A DNA stretch of 24,000 bases from contig NZ_JAMCCO010000001.1 in the NCBI RefSeq assembly GCF_023371205.1, positions 34,662 to 58,661 of the forward strand, in the 5' to 3' direction. The position numbers and the translations under genes were made by a program. Source of the DNA: Parvivirga hydrogeniphila (GTDB taxonomy: Bacteria; Actinomycetota; Coriobacteriia; Anaerosomatales; Anaerosomataceae). Below are positions 22,491-24,000 of this stretch, one piece after another (the first letter of the stretch is position 1; each line of letters begins with the position of its first letter). The notes below the pieces were generated by a model. The model ran no database searches. It was not told the origin of the DNA and saw only the letters and a list, made by a program, of their open reading frames with translations.

Positions 22491-23714
22491 ATGGACGCAG
22501 CCTCCATCAGTGGGCGCCTCCGGCGCGCCGACCCGCTCCTTGTCGACGCGACGGTCGCGACCGCCCTAACCGTGTCGGTGTGGCTCGTCATCGCGTTCTT
22601 CTCGCACGCGCGCCCACAGCACCTGCCTCCGGTGCCGAACTTCGCGTTGAGCCCCGAACAAGCCCGGCCGCCCGCTTTCGTGGCCTACGCGCTCGCGGCG
22701 CTCACGTTCATGCCGCTCGCCGCCCGCCGCACGGTTCCGTGGCTCGCGCTCGTGCTCAGCACCGGTGGTGCACTCGCCTACCAGCTCACCCGCGGCCTTG
22801 CGCCCGCACCGGTCACGTTCGGACCGATGCTCGCCATGTATTCATACGCCGCCTACACCTCCCGGCGCCGCGGAAGCCTGATCGCGCTGCTCGTCGCAGG
22901 AACACTGTTGGCGGTCGTCGCCTTCGCGTTCTCATCGAGCGTCCGCTGGGTGGCAGAGGCGGCCGGGACGTTCGTGATGCTCGCGGCAGCGGCGCTGCTC
23001 GGTGAGGCCGAACGCAACCGGCGCAAGTACATCGCAGAGGTCGAGCGGCGCGCTGAGCTCGCCGAGCGGACCCGCGAGGAGGAAGCGCTGCGCCGGGTCG
23101 ATGAGGAGCGCGTGCGGATTGCTCGCGAGATTCACGACGCGGTCGCGCACTCGCTGTCGATTATCGCCGTGCAGGCGAGCGCGGCCTCAGCGATGCTCGA
23201 CAAAGATCCGGCCAGGGCGCGTGAGTCAATCGACCACGTTCGAAGCGCGAGCAAGCAAGCGCTCTCGGAGCTCCGCTCCACGCTCGGGGTGCTGCGGACG
23301 GGAGAGCCGAACGCGCCGCTCGAGCCCGCCCAAGGCCTCGCCGCCCTCGATCACCTGGTTGAGCGCGTGCGCGCAGCCGGCCTGGCGGTGGACCTCCGGG
23401 TGGCCGGAGACACGGTGCGCGTCCCCGCGTTCGCGTCGGTCTCCGCGTACCGCATCGCACAGGAGTCGCTCACCAACGTCGTACGGCACGCTCACGCGAG
23501 CGCAGCGGCTGTGACAGTGATGGTCACACCCAATGAGGTCACGGTTGAGGTGGTCGACGGCGGCACCGGAGCCGCCGCTCCGTTCGAACCCGGGCACGGC
23601 ATCCGCGGTATGCGGGAGCGGGCCGAGGCGCTCGGTGGCGTGTTCGAGGCGGGACCCCGTATCGACGGCGGGTTCCGGGTCTTCGCGTCCATCCCGTTCG
23701 TCAGGAGCGAGTGA
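22491..23714 (+). CDS. Sensor histidine kinase, HisKA_3 (NarX/DesK/LiaS-like) class, with a multi-TM N-terminus
   Basis: Track ORF 22431..23714. The H-box is RIAREIHDAVAHSLSII, and the ATPase motifs are ESLTNVVRHA and GHGIRGMRERAEALGG. The start is uncertain: ATG 22491 (MDAASISGRLRRADPLLVD) or ATG 22431, and neither has a strong RBS. Confidence 0.88.
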   Translation: MDAASISGRLRRADPLLVDATVATALTVSVWLVIAFFSHARPQHLPPVPNFALSPEQARPPAFVAYALAALTFMPLAARRTVPWLALVLSTGGALAYQLTRGLAPAPVTFGPMLAMYSYAAYTSRRRGSLIALLVAGTLLAVVAFAFSSSVRWVAEAAGTFVMLAAAALLGEAERNRRKYIAEVERRAELAERTREEEALRRVDEERVRIAREIHDAVAHSLSIIAVQASAASAMLDKDPARARESIDHVRSASKQALSELRSTLGVLRTGEPNAPLEPAQGLAALDHLVERVRAAGLAVDLRVAGDTVRVPAFASVSAYRIAQESLTNVVRHAHASAAAVTVMVTPNEVTVEVVDGGTGAAAPFEPGHGIRGMRERAEALGGVFEAGPRIDGGFRVFASIPFVRSE

Positions 23715-24000
23715 TGGCCATCCGGGTCCTCATCGTCGACGACCAGGCGCTCGTGCGCGCAGGCTTCCGGGTGCTGCTCGAGTCGTACGAAGACATCGAG
23801 GTCGTCGGGGAAGCCGAGGACGGCGAACGCGCGGTCGAGCTCGCCTCCGATCTGGCCCCCGACGTCGTGCTCATGGACATCCGGATGCCCGTCATGGACG
23901 GCCTCGAGGCAGCCCATCACATCCTCGCAAGCGCGCAGCCGCACCCGTCGCGCGTGCTGATGCTCACCACCTTCGATGCGGACGAGTACGTGTACGAAGC
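23714..24000 (+). CDS. Response regulator, NarL/LuxR family (receiver domain; runs off the right edge)
   Basis: Absent from the ORF track because there is no stop inside the window. The ATG at 23714 overlaps the kinase TGA (GTGATGG), with AGGAG 6 nt upstream. The translation is MAIRVLIVDDQALVRAGFRVLLESYEDIEVVGEAEDGERAVELASDLAPDVVLMDIRMPVMDGLEA... Confidence 0.9.
   Translation, partial: MAIRVLIVDDQALVRAGFRVLLESYEDIEVVGEAEDGERAVELASDLAPDVVLMDIRMPVMDGLEAAHHILASAQPHPSRVLMLTTFDADEYVYE

Noticed and set aside
1-24000. Window-wide look for CRISPR arrays, IS/transposase or integrase genes, toxin-antitoxin pairs, rRNA or tRNA genes
   Set aside because: By eye I found no spaced direct-repeat arrays, no terminal inverted repeats bracketing ORFs, no recognisable transposase, integrase or defence-system motifs, and no tRNA-like cloverleaves in the few intergenic regions long enough to hold one.

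Overview
This is a high-GC, gene-dense bacterial chromosomal window with strong GGAGG-type ribosome-binding sites and many 1-4 nt start/stop overlaps. The gene content (HisKA_3/NarL two-component pair, rubrerythrin, RACo-like activator) suggests an anaerobic or microaerophilic Actinomycetota-like organism; that is inference only. Gene order: purS (partial), two small membrane ORFs and purC on the minus strand. Next, also minus, comes a 2Fe-2S/ASKHA RACo-like ATPase followed by a translationally coupled operon of yedE, yedF, a DUF3343 fusion and an NnrD/carbohydrate-kinase-like gene. Then a Cache-GAF-coiled-coil histidine kinase (plus). Then panD, a Cys-rich anchored protein, a DsbD_2/double-cupredoxin protein and copA (minus). 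Then an SDR (plus), a heliorhodopsin (minus), and a DUF1295 reductase-like gene with a 5'-truncated remnant (plus). Then purB, a frameshifted CDGSH gene and a peroxiredoxin whose peroxidatic Cys codon is TGA, i.e. a probable selenoprotein (minus). Then rubrerythrin (plus); a PAS protein, a flavodoxin-like protein and a small membrane ORF (minus); and a HisKA_3 kinase with a NarL-type regulator (plus, runs off the window). Three things stand out. (1) A selenium theme: the Sec-peroxiredoxin plus a yedE/yedF/DUF3343 operon that carries an unexpected kinase-fold enzyme and sits next to an orphan RACo-like reductive ATPase. (2) A heliorhodopsin with all key residues intact, flanked by an SDR and a DUF1295 reductase, with no retinal-synthesis genes in view. 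(3) An odd panD / Cys-rich protein / copper-export gene string. I saw no CRISPR array, tRNA, rRNA, transposase or integrase.
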